Assembly: GCF_000021825.1 (NCBI RefSeq)
Contig: NC_011729.1
Coordinates: 1,698,919-1,762,918, forward strand
Direction of reading: 5' to 3'
Length of the DNA stretch: 64,000 nt
Origin: Gloeothece citriformis PCC 7424
GTDB taxonomy: Bacteria; Cyanobacteriota; Cyanobacteriia; Cyanobacteriales; Microcystaceae
The stretch's first letter is position 1. Each line of letters opens with the position of its first letter. The position numbers and the translations under genes are program-made. The notes under the pieces were generated by a model that searched no databases, was not told the DNA's origin, and worked only from the letters and a program-made list of their open reading frames with translations. Positions 1-11,193 of the stretch are shown here, in pieces.

Positions 1-3
1 GCG

Positions 4-1287
4 ATGCTTGCCGCTTGGCCAGTCACCCTCAAGCCTAGATTATTCTATTTCTTGATGCTGGCTATGTATGGGGGACAAATTGCGGTTTTTGCCGTGCAAG
101 ATATTCTCTTGTTTTTCTTGGTTTGGGAATTAGAGTTAATTCCGGTGTATCTGCTGTTGGCCATTTGGGGGGGTAAACGTCGCCTCTATGCCTCAACGAA
201 GTTTATTATCTATACTGCCGGCGGATCTTTGTTTATTCTCGTCGCCGGGTTAACGATGGCCTTTTATGGCGGTGATCTCACCTTTGATATGCGGGCGATC
301 GCAGCGAAAGAATACGCCCTGAATTTACAATTGTGGCTGTATGCGGCCTTCTTTATCGCCTATGCAGTTAAGTTACCCATTTTCCCTCTTCATACATGGT
401 TACCGGATGCACACGGAGAAGCGACGGCTCCGGTGCATATGTTACTGGCAGGTATCCTCTTAAAAATGGGGGGATATGCTCTCGTGCGGATGAATGCGGG
501 GATGTTACCCGATGCTCACGCGGTTTTTGCTCCCATTTTAGTGATTTTGGGGGTAGTTAATATTGTCTATGCGGCGTTAACGTCTTTTGCTCAACGAAAC
601 CTGAAACGAAAAATCGCCTATTCTTCGATTTCTCACATGGGTTTTGTCTTGATCGGACTTGCTTCGTTTACCGATATTGGTTTGAGTGGGGCTGTTTTAC
701 AGATGATTTCTCACGGACTGATCGGGGCGAGTTTATTCTTTATGGTGGGAGCTACCTACGATCGGACTCATACCCTCATGTTGGATGAGATGGGAGGCGT
801 AGGGCAAAAGATGAAGAAAATGTTTGCTATGTGGACGACTTGTTCGATGGCTTCTTTAGCGTTGCCTGGAATGAGTGGATTTGTAGCAGAATTAATGGTC
901 TTTATTGGGTTTGCCACCAGCGATGCCTATAATACGACTTTTCGGGTGATCATGGTCTTTTTAGCTGCTATTGGGGTAATTATTACTCCTATTTATCTTC
1001 TGTCGATGTTGAGAGAGATGCTTTATGGGCCGGAAAATAAAGAACTGGTTTCCCATCAGGCTTTAATTGATGCTGAACCGAGAGAAGTGTTTATTATTGC
1101 TTGTTTGTTAGTTCCCATTATCGGTATTGGATTTTATCCGAAAATTGTTACCGAAATTTATGATTCAACTACGAATAAATTGACCGCACGGTTACGGGAA
1201 TCTGTGCCTAGTTTAGTCCAACAAGCTTCTAAAACACCGATGGAAAAATTGGCACTTCGAGCGCCCATTATTCCCAGTCAGTATTAA
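4..1287 (+). CDS. ndhD: NAD(P)H-quinone oxidoreductase chain 4 (NdhD/NuoM family); N-terminus cut by window start
   Basis: Multi-TM protein with NuoM/NdhD motifs ([32 protein letters not shown]). The ORF runs from the window edge. Confidence 0.85.
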   Translation: MLAAWPVTLKPRLFYFLMLAMYGGQIAVFAVQDILLFFLVWELELIPVYLLLAIWGGKRRLYASTKFIIYTAGGSLFILVAGLTMAFYGGDLTFDMRAIAAKEYALNLQLWLYAAFFIAYAVKLPIFPLHTWLPDAHGEATAPVHMLLAGILLKMGGYALVRMNAGMLPDAHAVFAPILVILGVVNIVYAALTSFAQRNLKRKIAYSSISHMGFVLIGLASFTDIGLSGAVLQMISHGLIGASLFFMVGATYDRTHTLMLDEMGGVGQKMKKMFAMWTTCSMASLALPGMSGFVAELMVFIGFATSDAYNTTFRVIMVFLAAIGVIITPIYLLSMLREMLYGPENKELVSHQALIDAEPREVFIIACLLVPIIGIGFYPKIVTEIYDSTTNKLTARLRESVPSLVQQASKTPMEKLALRAPIIPSQY

Positions 1288-1363
1288 TTTCTTTTGGGTG
1301 GGTAACTCATACCCACCTCTTCTGTGAGTTAATGAAAGACAACGATATTTTCCATGAAGAATT

Positions 1364-2419
1364 TTAAATTGTTTTGACTTCTTCAGGTTGTAATTGACTG
1401 AGCTGAGATTTATAAAATAGTCTTCCATCTTGTCTTCCTAAATATTCTCTGGCTACTTTCTGATTAGTTTCTTCAAATTCTTTGAGAATGTCTATTCTTT
1501 CTTGTTGTGTCAACACAACCTCTTGGGTATCTTTTATAAAAATATCTAACAAACCCATAAAAACTTTGTTGGATAAGCTATTCTTGTTTAATGATAATTT
1601 TGTCACGCGACGATTCAGTCTTCTTCGGATTCGATATTCAGTTGATAGGGAAGTTAAATTTTGATTTTTATTGAGTAATAAATCATTCAAAATCATCATC
1701 AATTTAGTCGTTTCTGTCGTTGGGCTATCATTAACTAAAGAAATATTTTTAGAATAATTATTATAGGTTTTTAAGTCAATTGCTTCCATAAAATCTTCTA
1801 ACAGCCCCTTTTTAAATTGTTGTTTTTCAAAAACTCTCACTCTAATATTATCCTTGCCAAATAAATTAGCCCAAGATTCAATAAAATCGTAATAATAAAT
1901 GTAGGAAGGTTTTTTATCTATAATAAATTTATGAACGTCATGGCCATACATTCCAATTTTCACAAGCTGGTTGTATAAAGACTGAAGCAAATCATCTTGT
2001 TTTCTTATATAAACAATAATTTTTACTTCATATTTTGATAAATTTTCTTGGATTAATTTAATTCCGTCAATAGTTAACCCGCTAAAGGATTCTGCACTTA
2101 TGACCACATTTTCTCTTGAATGAGATTCAATTTCACTATGAAATCTATTCCATTCGGTTTCAAGGCTTTGTCTCCATTCTGCTTGTTTATATATTCTATT
2201 AGAAACTGGTAGATTTAATTTATGTTGTATCGCTGCGTACAATTTGTCATGATTCATTAATTTACCCGGCTCATGATTAATAGTTCCAGATACGGGATAT
2301 AAAAATCCTTGCTCTAAAAGTTCTTCTCTTTTGACTGTTAAAAAATGTTGTATGCTAGTTGTGCCTGTTTTGGGAGTCCCAATATGTAAATAAAGCTTAG
2401 TCATAACAATTTTGCTCAA
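1364..2419 (-). CDS. Sulfotransferase-family protein (Sulfotransfer_3-like)
   Basis: N-terminal HIGTPKTGTTSIQ resembles the PAPS 5'-phosphosulfate-binding loop (hIPKtGGTsl). Size is ~350 aa. Confidence 0.5.
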   Translation of the reverse strand: MSKIVMTKLYLHIGTPKTGTTSIQHFLTVKREELLEQGFLYPVSGTINHEPGKLMNHDKLYAAIQHKLNLPVSNRIYKQAEWRQSLETEWNRFHSEIESHSRENVVISAESFSGLTIDGIKLIQENLSKYEVKIIVYIRKQDDLLQSLYNQLVKIGMYGHDVHKFIIDKKPSYIYYYDFIESWANLFGKDNIRVRVFEKQQFKKGLLEDFMEAIDLKTYNNYSKNISLVNDSPTTETTKLMMILNDLLLNKNQNLTSLSTEYRIRRRLNRRVTKLSLNKNSLSNKVFMGLLDIFIKDTQEVVLTQQERIDILKEFEETNQKVAREYLGRQDGRLFYKSQLSQLQPEEVKTI

Positions 2420-2695
2420 TTATCTTCAATAAGTGGGTCAAATAATCTTTCTATAGCCACTGCTATAGCTTGGCAGAAGATAGACTATCAAAGTAGAGTA
2501 TAAAACAAATGGGAATCTTTTGTGAATTTTTTGCTGATATTATTAAGTAAATGCACATAAATTCCCAAAAAGACTCTATTAATCCAGTAAAATTAAACAA
2601 TTTATCCCTTTTATCACTCTGGACTTCACAATACAAGCTTAAGACTTGTTACAGTGGTAAGTATAAGAAATACATTTAAGTCAGGGAGATAAACA

Positions 2696-4087
2696 ATGGC
2701 CAAACTTGTTCCTATTCCTGTCAATCGTCCCTCGTGGTGGCAAATGGTACAGTGGATTAGTGACCCCCTCAGTTTTCAGCAAAAATGGGCGAAAAAATGT
2801 GGAGATATCTTTTTGATTAACCTATGGAGATATAATGATAATCTTGTCGTTGTGGGGAGTCCTCAACTGATTCAAGAGATTTTTAACAAAGATGCTACCC
2901 AATTTGATATCGGGAGAGGTAATCAGATCGTAGCCCCTTTAGTGGGACAAAATTCTTTATTTTTGATGGATGGCACTCGCCATAAACGAGAACGAAAGTT
3001 ATTGATGCCCTCCTTTCATGGGGAAAGATTACAAACTTATGCTCAACAAATTTGTGAGATAACAAAAGAAGTAGCCAGTCAATGGCAAAAAGATAAACCC
3101 TTTATTGCCCGAACTGTGATGCAGGATATTACCCTAGAGGTGATTATACAGGTAGTTTTTGGTTTGCGGGAAGGGGAAAGATATCAAAAAATTAAACCCT
3201 TATTAGCCGCGATGCTCAATATGATAGATTCTCCTTTACCTTCAAGTTTTTTATTTTTAAGGTTTTTACAAAAAGATTTAGGAGCATGGAGTCCTTGGGG
3301 AAAATTAAAGCACCGTCAACTGCAAATTAGAAAACTTTTGGAGGCAGAAATCGAAGATAGACGGACTCACAACTTTATCGGAACAGATATTCTCAGTTTG
3401 ATGATGGCTGTAAGGGATGAAAATGGTGAACCGATGAGTGATTTAGAATTAAAAGATGAACTGATGACCCTCTTATTTGCTGGTCATGAAACGACCGCTA
3501 CGATCTTAGCTTGGGCGTTTTATAAAATTCATCAATTGCCAGAAGTCAGGGACAAAATTGTCCAAGAACTGGATAGTTTAGGGGAAAAACCGAATCCGAT
3601 GGAGATAGCTAAACTGCCCTATTTAAATGCAGTTTGTCAAGAAACCTTGAGAATGTATCCGGTGATTCCCGTTCTTTTACCTCGTATTACTAAAACTCCT
3701 ATGGACATTGGAGACTATCATTTTGAGGCAGGAATGGCACTGATGCCGAGTATTTATCTGGTTCATTATCGAGAAGATCTTTATCCTCAACCTCAAGAAT
3801 TTAAACCGGAAAGATTTTTAGATCGTCAATATTCACCCTCAGAATTTATTCCGTTTGGGGGGGGGAGTCGACGGTGTTTAGGTTATGCCTTAGCTCTCCT
3901 AGAAATGAAGTTAGTCCTTGGGACAATTTTATCGAGTTATCAACTGGCTCTGGTCGATAATAAGCCTGTTAAAATACAACGTCGAGGGCTTACTCTAGCT
4001 CCGGTTGGAGGAGTTCCCCTAGTGATGAAATCTAAGCGTCAACCTAAATCCCCATCCTCTCAAAAAACTGCTAGCCTAATTCCATAA
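2696..4087 (+). CDS. Cytochrome P450
   Basis: Helix-I AGHETTA, ExxR (ETLR), and the heme-Cys loop [14 protein letters not shown]. Confidence 0.9.
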   Translation: MAKLVPIPVNRPSWWQMVQWISDPLSFQQKWAKKCGDIFLINLWRYNDNLVVVGSPQLIQEIFNKDATQFDIGRGNQIVAPLVGQNSLFLMDGTRHKRERKLLMPSFHGERLQTYAQQICEITKEVASQWQKDKPFIARTVMQDITLEVIIQVVFGLREGERYQKIKPLLAAMLNMIDSPLPSSFLFLRFLQKDLGAWSPWGKLKHRQLQIRKLLEAEIEDRRTHNFIGTDILSLMMAVRDENGEPMSDLELKDELMTLLFAGHETTATILAWAFYKIHQLPEVRDKIVQELDSLGEKPNPMEIAKLPYLNAVCQETLRMYPVIPVLLPRITKTPMDIGDYHFEAGMALMPSIYLVHYREDLYPQPQEFKPERFLDRQYSPSEFIPFGGGSRRCLGYALALLEMKLVLGTILSSYQLALVDNKPVKIQRRGLTLAPVGGVPLVMKSKRQPKSPSSQKTASLIP

Positions 4088-4109
4088 CAACTCAATATAA
4101 ATAATAACC

Positions 4110-5513
4110 ATGACCTCTATGACAAAAACTGTTTCTGGCTCTAAAACTCCGGGTTTTCTACAACAAATTAATTGGGCGTTTGATCCTGTAAGCTATTTAG
4201 AAACCAATCATCAAAAATATCCCGATCTCTTTTTCACCCAGGCAGCGAGTGGAAATTATCCAATCGTCTATATTAGCCATCCCCAAGGGATACAACAAAT
4301 TTTAACCAATGATAAAAAACTCTTTTTGGCTTCTTCAGAGACTAACGATATTTTTCGTCCGTTACTCGGAGATTATTCCCTAATTTTATTAGAAAAAGAG
4401 CCTCATCAACAACGACGACAGTTGTTAGCTCCTCCTTTTCATGGCGAAAGATTATACAGTTATGGTCAATCAATCTGTAGAATAACTCAAGAAGTGATGA
4501 ATCGGCTAGGGGTAGGCAATCAGTTTACTGCTCGTAAAATAACTCAAAGTATCACAATGCAAGTGATCTTAGAAGTCGTTTTTGGCATTTATGAAGGAGA
4601 AAGATATCAACAACTGAAGACACTTCTCGGAAAAATGTTAGATATTTTCAATTCGCCTGTGTCTTCTGCTTTCCTTTTATTTTCGGCACTGCAAATTAAT
4701 TTAGGCTCTTGGAGTCCTTGGGGACAATTTTTACGTCAGAGAGCAAAAATTGATGAGTTAATTTATCAAGAAATAGCAGAACGTCGAGCTAATTTTGATC
4801 CCAATGCAACCGATATTCTCTCTTTATTAATGTCAGTTCGCTATGAAGACGGACAACCCATGACTGATAAAGAATTGCGTGATGAGTTGATGACCTTACT
4901 TGTTGCTGGCCATGATACCACGGCCACGGCGATGGCTTGGGGTTTATATTGGATTCATCATTTGCCAGAAGTCAAAGAAAAACTCTTACAAGAACTGGCC
5001 ACATTAGGAAATAATCCTGATCCGATGGAGATGGTTCGCCTTCCCTATTTAAGTGCTGTTTGTAATGAAACCCTCCGTATCACTCCAGTGGCCATGTTAA
5101 CTTTTCCTCGCATTGCTCAAGAACCGGTAGAGGTGATGGGATATACTATCGAACCCGGAACAGCCGTGTTAGGATGTATGTTTTTAACTCATCAACGAGA
5201 AGATTTATATCCTAATCCTAAACAATTTAAACCGGAGCGTTTCCTCGAAAATAAATATTCTCCCTATGAATTTATTCCTTTTGGGGGTGGCGCTCGTCGT
5301 TGTGTTGGGGATGCTTTAGCTCCTTTTGAGTTAAAGTTAGTTTTAGGGACTATTATGTCTAATTATGAACTTTCTTTAGCAGATAATCGCCCAGAAAAAT
5401 TACAACGACGAGGCTTAACTTTAGGCCCGGCCAGAGGAGTCAAAATGATTTTTAACGGAAAACGTCAACAAAAATCAGTTATGAGTCAAGAGTCATTAGT
5501 TAGTAGTCATTAG
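4110..5513 (+). CDS. Cytochrome P450, tandem paralogue
   Basis: AGHDTTA, ETLR and FGGGARRCVGDALA. Same architecture as the upstream P450, starting 23 bp after it. Confidence 0.9.
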   Translation: MTSMTKTVSGSKTPGFLQQINWAFDPVSYLETNHQKYPDLFFTQAASGNYPIVYISHPQGIQQILTNDKKLFLASSETNDIFRPLLGDYSLILLEKEPHQQRRQLLAPPFHGERLYSYGQSICRITQEVMNRLGVGNQFTARKITQSITMQVILEVVFGIYEGERYQQLKTLLGKMLDIFNSPVSSAFLLFSALQINLGSWSPWGQFLRQRAKIDELIYQEIAERRANFDPNATDILSLLMSVRYEDGQPMTDKELRDELMTLLVAGHDTTATAMAWGLYWIHHLPEVKEKLLQELATLGNNPDPMEMVRLPYLSAVCNETLRITPVAMLTFPRIAQEPVEVMGYTIEPGTAVLGCMFLTHQREDLYPNPKQFKPERFLENKYSPYEFIPFGGGARRCVGDALAPFELKLVLGTIMSNYELSLADNRPEKLQRRGLTLGPARGVKMIFNGKRQQKSVMSQESLVSSH

Positions 5514-5525
5514 TAACCAAACATC

Positions 5526-5554
5526 GTAGGATGCGTCCGGTGACGCATCTCCCC
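5526..5554. repeat. Palindromic repeat family 1 (GATGCGT-N5-ACGCATC-CTACA), inverted copy
   Basis: gtaggatgcgtccggtgacgcatctcccc. One of six copies in the window. Confidence 0.7.
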
Positions 5555-5826
5555 ATAGATAAGCTGTCACGCACTTAAATTATTTATTGAAGGGTGGGAA
5601 GTGTGGGGAGTGTGGAGACGATCGGGAGTAGCTTGACGGGTTATTTCTCCTCTTGAGGATATATAGCAGCTTTGCAGGAGGCAGCTTTGCTCTCTGGCAG
5701 GAGGATAAAAGTTTACTCCCATGTTTGTTTGAGGTTTGAAAAATGTCCTAACCTCCTTGGCGTTTGCTATAAAAATTAAATGCGTCTTAGCTTAGGCTCT
5801 CCCGTACCTGTGGTGATAAGTACGGC

Positions 5827-6489
5827 TTATTTAAATAAACAAGCTAATAATTTTTCTCTCATGAATTTAAAATTGCTAAATCCATAACTTTGACGAAGAA
5901 TTAACTTAATTTTATTGTTTAATCCTTCCATTACTCCATTGCTTGTTCGATTAAGAAAATAATTACAAATATTCTGAAGATGAAGTTCTAAAGTCTCAGC
6001 CGTTTTTCCGAAAAAAACTCTGGCTAATCTTAACCATTTTTTGAGTTTTTTTAAACCTTCTTTTACCGTTCTTGTGTTTTCATATATATTTCTCAGTTCT
6101 TCTTTCAATTCATAAGCAATACTCAAACAAGGATAGCCTCTTAATAGCTCTCCTAAGTCTTTTTTTTCTTCTTCAGTTAAATTGACCTTATTCTTAAGTA
6201 ATAAATAGCGGTTTTTTAAGCCTTTTAACTTTAATTTAAGTCGCAAGTGATTTAAGGCTTTATGAACTAACTTCATGACATGAAACCTATCAATTACGAC
6301 TAGAGCATTAGGAAAAACCTCAGTAATAACTTTTTTAAATCCTCCCCACATATCGACACAAACCTCTTTAATATTTTCTCTAATTGAAATTGGAGCTTGT
6401 TTTAGGACTTCTATAATCTCTTCACTTTTATGGGAATCTATAACTTCTAATAGTGAGCCTTCATCTAGATTACTGAGTACGGTAACCAA
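5827..6489 (-). pseudogene. ISL3 transposase, C-terminal DDE part
   Basis: It continues the ISL3 fold (VIDRFHVMK…). The reading frame is displaced relative to the upstream part. Confidence 0.6.
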
Positions 6490-6527
6490 ATTGCCTTGCC
6501 CTTTTTGACGGCTAAATTCATCTAATC

Positions 6528-6977
6528 CTAATCTTTCTGGTTTTCCCCAGTCTTTTTTTTTTGTTTAGCTATTCTTTGAAAAATATTTTGTACTTGTTCA
6601 GGACTTAATTGTTCATTTTTACTGACTTGCTCTACAGTGAGTTCTTTGACTTTTTCATAAATATGCTCTTCATAACGTTTAGTATAGTTTCTTCGCCTGT
6701 CTATAAAATTTAAAATTTCAGTTGGATATTTACCGCATTGGGAGCAGATAAATTGGCGACGTGGAACTTTCAGGTAAACTCCTTGACCTAAAATTGATAA
6801 ATCTCTAACTAAAATAGGGCGGATTTGATGAAGATTATCTGTATATGTTTGGCAATGAGGACAAGAAATTCCTTCGTTTATAAAATCTAATGTTAATAGA
6901 ATAAATCCTTCTTGTTGTTGACAAGTTAATACAGTTACAAAGGGAAGATGAAGCAAGCTATCAAGGTGAAAATCCAT
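6528..6977 (-). pseudogene. ISL3 transposase, N-terminal part (zinc-finger/HTH region)
   Basis: MDFHLDSLLHLPFVTVL start and CPHC...CSQCG zinc-binding pattern typical of ISL3 transposases. It ends just before a T10 homopolymer (~6549-6558). Confidence 0.6.
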
Positions 6978-7102
6978 AGACTCTTCGGGGGTAAAACGTA
7001 GCTATCGCTACATTTTACCCCATTATGTTGCAAGACCCGTTTTTGCTTAAGCGCGGGCTAAATAATATCAATTGTTAAAAATCAAACTAAACTATAGGTT
7101 TT

Positions 7103-7127
7103 GATGCGTTGGGAACGCATCCTACAA
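7103..7127. repeat. Palindromic repeat family 1 copy
   Basis: gatgcgttgggaacgcatcctacaa. Confidence 0.7.
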
Positions 7128-7149
7128 TTTCAAATTTTACAAAATTGGG

Positions 7150-8004
7150 CTAATCTTCAATTTCTAAGGCTAATTGATAAAGGTGACGACGGGGAAGAGA
7201 GGTTAATTGGGCTAAGTGACGACTCGCTTGCGATCGCGTCATTCCTTCTTCTAAAAGATGGTGTAATTCTATCTTTAATTGCTCCGGTGATAAGGTCTGT
7301 TTTTCATCTAATATTGCTCCCTCAATAACTATAGTAAATTCCCCTTTAGGAGAATGAGTTTGATAGAAAGCGATCGCTTCTTTTAAAGTTCCTCGCCAAA
7401 GTTCCTCATGAAGTTTAGTTAATTCCCTCCCTAAAACAATTTTTCGGGAATATCCTAACCCTTCTCCTAAATTCTCTAGGGTTTGTAATAGACGGTGGGG
7501 AGCTTCATAAAAAATTAGAGTGCGAGTTTCATGGGAGAGAGAACTAAGGCGATCGCGTTTTTCTCCTTCCTTAGTCGGTAAAAACCCCTCAAAAATAAAT
7601 CTATCCGTCGGTAAACCCGAAACCGCCAAAGCAGTTATAGCAGCAGTCACCCCAGGAATAGGAATAACGGAAATATTTTCCTGTACACAAGCTTTCACCA
7701 AATCATAACCCGGATCAGAAATACCCGGCATTCCCGCATCCGTCACCAAAGCAATATTTTCGCCTCTTTTTAACCGAGAAATTAACTCTAATGACCGAGA
7801 AAAACGGTTATGGTCGTGATAACTGATCTGAGGCGTGGTAATTTGAAAATGTTGTAATAACTTCCCTGTATGACGAGTATCTTCTGCTGCGATCGCATCT
7901 ACCTTTTGTAATATTTTAACCGCCCGGAACGTCATATCCTCCAAATTTCCGATCGGCGTTCCCACAACATAAAGACACCCCTGTTTTAACTCATCTGTGT
8001 TCAT
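7150..8004 (-). CDS. rsmI: 16S rRNA (cytidine1402-2'-O)-methyltransferase RsmI
   Basis: The N-terminal LYVVGTPIGNLEDMTFRA motif and full-length tetrapyrrole-methylase fold typical of RsmI. Confidence 0.9.
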   Translation of the reverse strand: MNTDELKQGCLYVVGTPIGNLEDMTFRAVKILQKVDAIAAEDTRHTGKLLQHFQITTPQISYHDHNRFSRSLELISRLKRGENIALVTDAGMPGISDPGYDLVKACVQENISVIPIPGVTAAITALAVSGLPTDRFIFEGFLPTKEGEKRDRLSSLSHETRTLIFYEAPHRLLQTLENLGEGLGYSRKIVLGRELTKLHEELWRGTLKEAIAFYQTHSPKGEFTIVIEGAILDEKQTLSPEQLKIELHHLLEEGMTRSQASRHLAQLTSLPRRHLYQLALEIED

Positions 8005-8020
8005 CTGCGTTCATCTGCGG
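7991..8020. repeat. Tandem decamer TCATCTG(Y)G(K) x3 overlapping the rsmI start and the rsmI/pfkB divergent promoter
   Basis: tcatctgtgttcatctgcgttcatctgcgg. Its reverse complement, GTCCGCAGATGAACGCAGATG, matches the core of the 110 bp repeat. Confidence 0.6.
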
Positions 8021-8031
8021 ACTTTTTTACC

Positions 8032-8889
8032 ATGAAAGGACTTTTTATCGGTTTATCTACCCTAGATTGTATTTATCTTATCTCTAGTATTCCCTCTGGA
8101 AATCAAAAAATAGTTGCTCTCGATCAAACCATTGCGGCGGGAGGCCCGGCCACTAATGCGGCGATTACATTTAACTATTTAGGCAATCAAACTACATTAT
8201 TAAGTGTGATCGGAAACCATCCCATTAGTCAACTCATTCGCGCCCAATTAAACCATTTAATGGTAATCGATTTAGATCCCCACTTTCAAGACAGTCCTTC
8301 AGTCTCTTCTATTTTAGTCACTCAATCGACCGGAGAAAGGGCAGTTATTGCGATTAATGCCAGTAAAATACAAGCGAGTTGTCAACACATACCAGAGGAT
8401 ATTTTAGAAGGGGTTGATATCGTTTTAATTGATGGACATCAAATGAAAGTCAGTGAAGCGATCGCCCAACAGGGCAAAAATCGTCAAATTCCTGTAGTTC
8501 TGGATGGAGGCAGTTGGAAAAATGGATTAGAAACCGTTTTACCCTATGTTGATTATGCCATTTGTTCAGCTAATTTTTATCCTCCTAATTGTCAGAATCA
8601 AGAGGAAATTTTCAGTTATTTATACCAGTTTAATATTCCTTTTATTGCCATTACTCAAGGAGAAAACCCGATTATTTATGGTGAAAAAAAACAAGTCAAT
8701 AACCTTGACGTTCCGGTTATTAACCCTGTAGATACGTTAGGAGCGGGAGACATTTTTCATGGGGCATTTTGTCATTATATTTTATCCTATGATTTTCGGG
8801 ATGCCTTAGAAAAAGCCTCTCAAATTGCGGCTTATTCCTGTCAATTTTTTGGGACTAGACAATGGATGGAAAACCGTCAAAACATTTAG
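8032..8889 (+). CDS. PfkB-family carbohydrate kinase (ribokinase-like)
   Basis: Ribokinase fold with the C-terminal DTLGAGDIFHGAF anion-hole motif. Confidence 0.8.
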   Translation: MKGLFIGLSTLDCIYLISSIPSGNQKIVALDQTIAAGGPATNAAITFNYLGNQTTLLSVIGNHPISQLIRAQLNHLMVIDLDPHFQDSPSVSSILVTQSTGERAVIAINASKIQASCQHIPEDILEGVDIVLIDGHQMKVSEAIAQQGKNRQIPVVLDGGSWKNGLETVLPYVDYAICSANFYPPNCQNQEEIFSYLYQFNIPFIAITQGENPIIYGEKKQVNNLDVPVINPVDTLGAGDIFHGAFCHYILSYDFRDALEKASQIAAYSCQFFGTRQWMENRQNI

Positions 8890-8896
8890 TTACGCG

Positions 8897-8922
8897 GAGA
8901 TGCGTTGGGAACGCATCCTACA
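8897..8922. repeat. Palindromic repeat family 1 copy
   Basis: gagatgcgttgggaacgcatcctaca, sited between convergent gene ends. Confidence 0.7.
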
Positions 8923-8935
8923 TAGAGATTGTTCA

Positions 8936-9580
8936 CTATTTCCCGCCGGCGGTTAATTTTTGCAAGAAAGCACTATTATCAAAATAATGCTCTACGGTTT
9001 CAATTTTTAAATCTTCGGTCACTTTGGCAATACTTAAGCCAATAATTTCAATGGTTTCTCCGGTGGGGTTAAACTCTTTGTAAGACCCTTTAAATGTTCC
9101 CCAGTGTCGCCATTTAAAGACCACATTAGGAGGCCCTGACACCACTTCAATTAATTCCCAATGAAACCCATTCGGGAAAGCGGTATGAAACAACTGATAA
9201 GATGAATCAAAATCTTCCTTTGAAGACTGATAATGTTCGGTATCCCCCATAAATAAATTATAAGTTCCTTTTTCTGCCACATCTTGGGCGGTGTATTGTT
9301 GCCCTCCGTTGCTGCTCATGCGAAACTTATCGGTAACGACTGATAACCATTGCTGAGGGTTCGTTTTATGGGATGCTTCCATCTCGAAAGTTTTGACTAA
9401 ATTATGAGCGATCGCATTGAGAGACCCTTGTGCATGATTAAACTTTCTTTCTTTGTCCCCATGAGGCTGAATTTCGCTATAGTCGGGACGTTCACCCCCT
9501 CGCCATTGTACACCGGCATCCTCAGCTAGAACTTTTTCCCGGTCTTGTACCCATAGAGGTAATTCGTTTATATTAGTCAT
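8936..9580 (-). CDS. NTF2-like/SnoaL-like (ester cyclase-type) domain protein
   Basis: The C-terminal half resembles SnoaL-like cyclase folds. The assignment is weak. Confidence 0.35.
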   Translation of the reverse strand: MTNINELPLWVQDREKVLAEDAGVQWRGGERPDYSEIQPHGDKERKFNHAQGSLNAIAHNLVKTFEMEASHKTNPQQWLSVVTDKFRMSSNGGQQYTAQDVAEKGTYNLFMGDTEHYQSSKEDFDSSYQLFHTAFPNGFHWELIEVVSGPPNVVFKWRHWGTFKGSYKEFNPTGETIEIIGLSIAKVTEDLKIETVEHYFDNSAFLQKLTAGGK

Positions 9581-9921
9581 GGCTCAAATAGTATAGTGTC
9601 AATACTTTACCCATACCTTAACTGTATTAGATCTTTCTCAAGGTAGATCCATAATTATGTACTTATTGTTATGAACACAAGACCAACTATTTAAATTGCG
9701 CGAATCATAATCACAAATTTTTCTCCAGTTGTACTATTAGTTTTAACGAACTCTTGCAAGAGCATGAATTTTCTCAAGAGGTTGAAATTTAAGTCTCATT
9801 TTAACGCCTGTCAATAATATGAGGTAGACTAGGTTGAAGAGATCTTAGCCATAAGCTGAGAGAAATAATAAATTGATTGTTGCTTATCTTTGGAATTTTG
9901 GGTTAACCAACAAGGGTCAAC

Positions 9922-10440
9922 ATGAATATGAATCGGTGGCATTCTTTAGTCATTTCTCGTCTTGTCGTTAGTGTAGTAATCTTTTTAATAGGGTCAATGG
10001 TTTGTTTCTCTACCATGATTAAACCCGTTTGGGCACTCGATTATGCACAACGAAATTTAGTAGAAAGTGATTTTTCCGGTCAAGATTTGCGGGATGCTAA
10101 ATTTGATCATGCTAATCTCCGCAGTAGTAATTTTAGTAATGTCAATGCAGAAGGGGTGCGTTTTTTTGCGGCCAATTTGGAATCAGCTAATTTTGAAGGA
10201 GCAAATTTAAGATATGCTGATTTAGAATCTGCTCGTTTAACTAGAGTCAATTTTACTAATGCGGTGTTAGAAGGTGCTTTTGCTACCAATACTCTTTTTA
10301 AAGGGGCAATTATTGACGGGGCAGATTTTACCGATGTTTTATTACGTCCAGATACAGAACAATATTTATGTACTATTGCTAAAGGAACGAATCCAGTAAC
10401 AGGACGTAATACTAAAGATACTTTATATTGTCCAGATTAA
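9922..10440 (+). CDS. Pentapeptide-repeat protein with signal peptide (thylakoid-lumen Rfr type)
   Basis: Hydrophobic N-terminus followed by many A(D/N)LxxA pentapeptide repeats ([38 protein letters not shown]). Confidence 0.85.
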   Translation: MNMNRWHSLVISRLVVSVVIFLIGSMVCFSTMIKPVWALDYAQRNLVESDFSGQDLRDAKFDHANLRSSNFSNVNAEGVRFFAANLESANFEGANLRYADLESARLTRVNFTNAVLEGAFATNTLFKGAIIDGADFTDVLLRPDTEQYLCTIAKGTNPVTGRNTKDTLYCPD

Positions 10441-10940
10441 TATAGGGTTTCCTACTAGAAATGAGGTACACAGTTTTAAGTTTTGTGGCAGTCCGCAGGT
10501 GTTAAGTGTACCTCACTAGATTGAGAAATGCTATAGCTAAAACTAAAAATTGGTTGATGTTGTCTAAGGGATCTTTCGGCATTGTGGGGATAAATGTTCA
10601 TTGGGATACAAAATAATTCCTGGTGGGAAGGGAGCGCGGATCAAAACTTATCGTCAAATTAGCAATCAACTTCATGAAAGGAAAAATTAAAATTATTTTC
10701 CGATTCACGTCACTTTTTTGATCATCAGAGTAAAATTTTTAATTCATCAACTAGAGAATTTTTGATTGTTGCTTGAAATCCCTATTTTTAGTCGCCGAAT
10801 CTAGATTGAAAATTAATTTATGAGAAATACGGGTTTAGATGCTACCCCAAAAGAATACTTATATTTACGGTTAGCAAATGCCCCAGAATACCCCTATAAT
10901 CAATCCTATCACTGGGCGGGTTTTTCTGCGATCGGTCAAG

Positions 10941-11046
10941 TTCGTAGTAGTTGCTCTAGCCCTCAAAAAATCCCGTTCGTAGATTTGTAGGAGTTACTCT
11001 AATCTTAACAAAAGAGATGGGCTAAAGCCCAACTACAAACTTAATC
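10941..11046. repeat. Repeat family 3 (GGGCTAAAGCCC / TTCGTAGTAG core), two half copies
   Basis: The region carries ttcgtagtagttgctctagccc and gggctaaagcccaactacaaac. Compare the full copies at 40201 and 46995. Confidence 0.5.
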
Positions 11047-11064
11047 ATTTTCAAGGAGTTAATC

Positions 11065-11193
11065 ATGAATTTATCGTTATATGATGCCCAAATTCATCTT
11101 TTATTAGGTGTCATTTTCGCTTTGGTATTGTCTCCTGTATTACTTTGGTTATTTCCTAAAATTATCCGCTTTATACCAACCTCAAAACCATAA
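11065..11193 (+). CDS. Small single-TM protein (42 aa), hypothetical
   Basis: A strong AAGGAG ribosome-binding site lies ahead of the ATG. The peptide MNLSLYDAQIHLLLGVIFALVLSPVLLWLFPKIIRFIPTSKP is not in the supplied ORF track. Confidence 0.3.
   Translation: MNLSLYDAQIHLLLGVIFALVLSPVLLWLFPKIIRFIPTSKP

Larger units (their letters stand above)
5780..7060 (-). mobile_element. ISL3-family insertion sequence; transposase split by a frameshift, ends approximate
   Basis: Two consecutive minus-strand ORFs together look like one ISL3 transposase. Terminal inverted repeats could not be identified with confidence. Confidence 0.5.

Noticed and set aside
7101-7328. Short antisense or overlapping ORFs of 60-100 aa (7101-7328, 7520-7708, 8546-8731, 10107-10289, 14992-15186, 21675-21896, 24100-24282, 27434-28102, 28953-29180, 50408-50620, 54817-55026, 55424-55609, 59327-59661, 60811-61014)
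   Set aside because: All lie inside or antisense to well-supported longer genes. They lack motifs and ribosome-binding sites and are typical six-frame noise.
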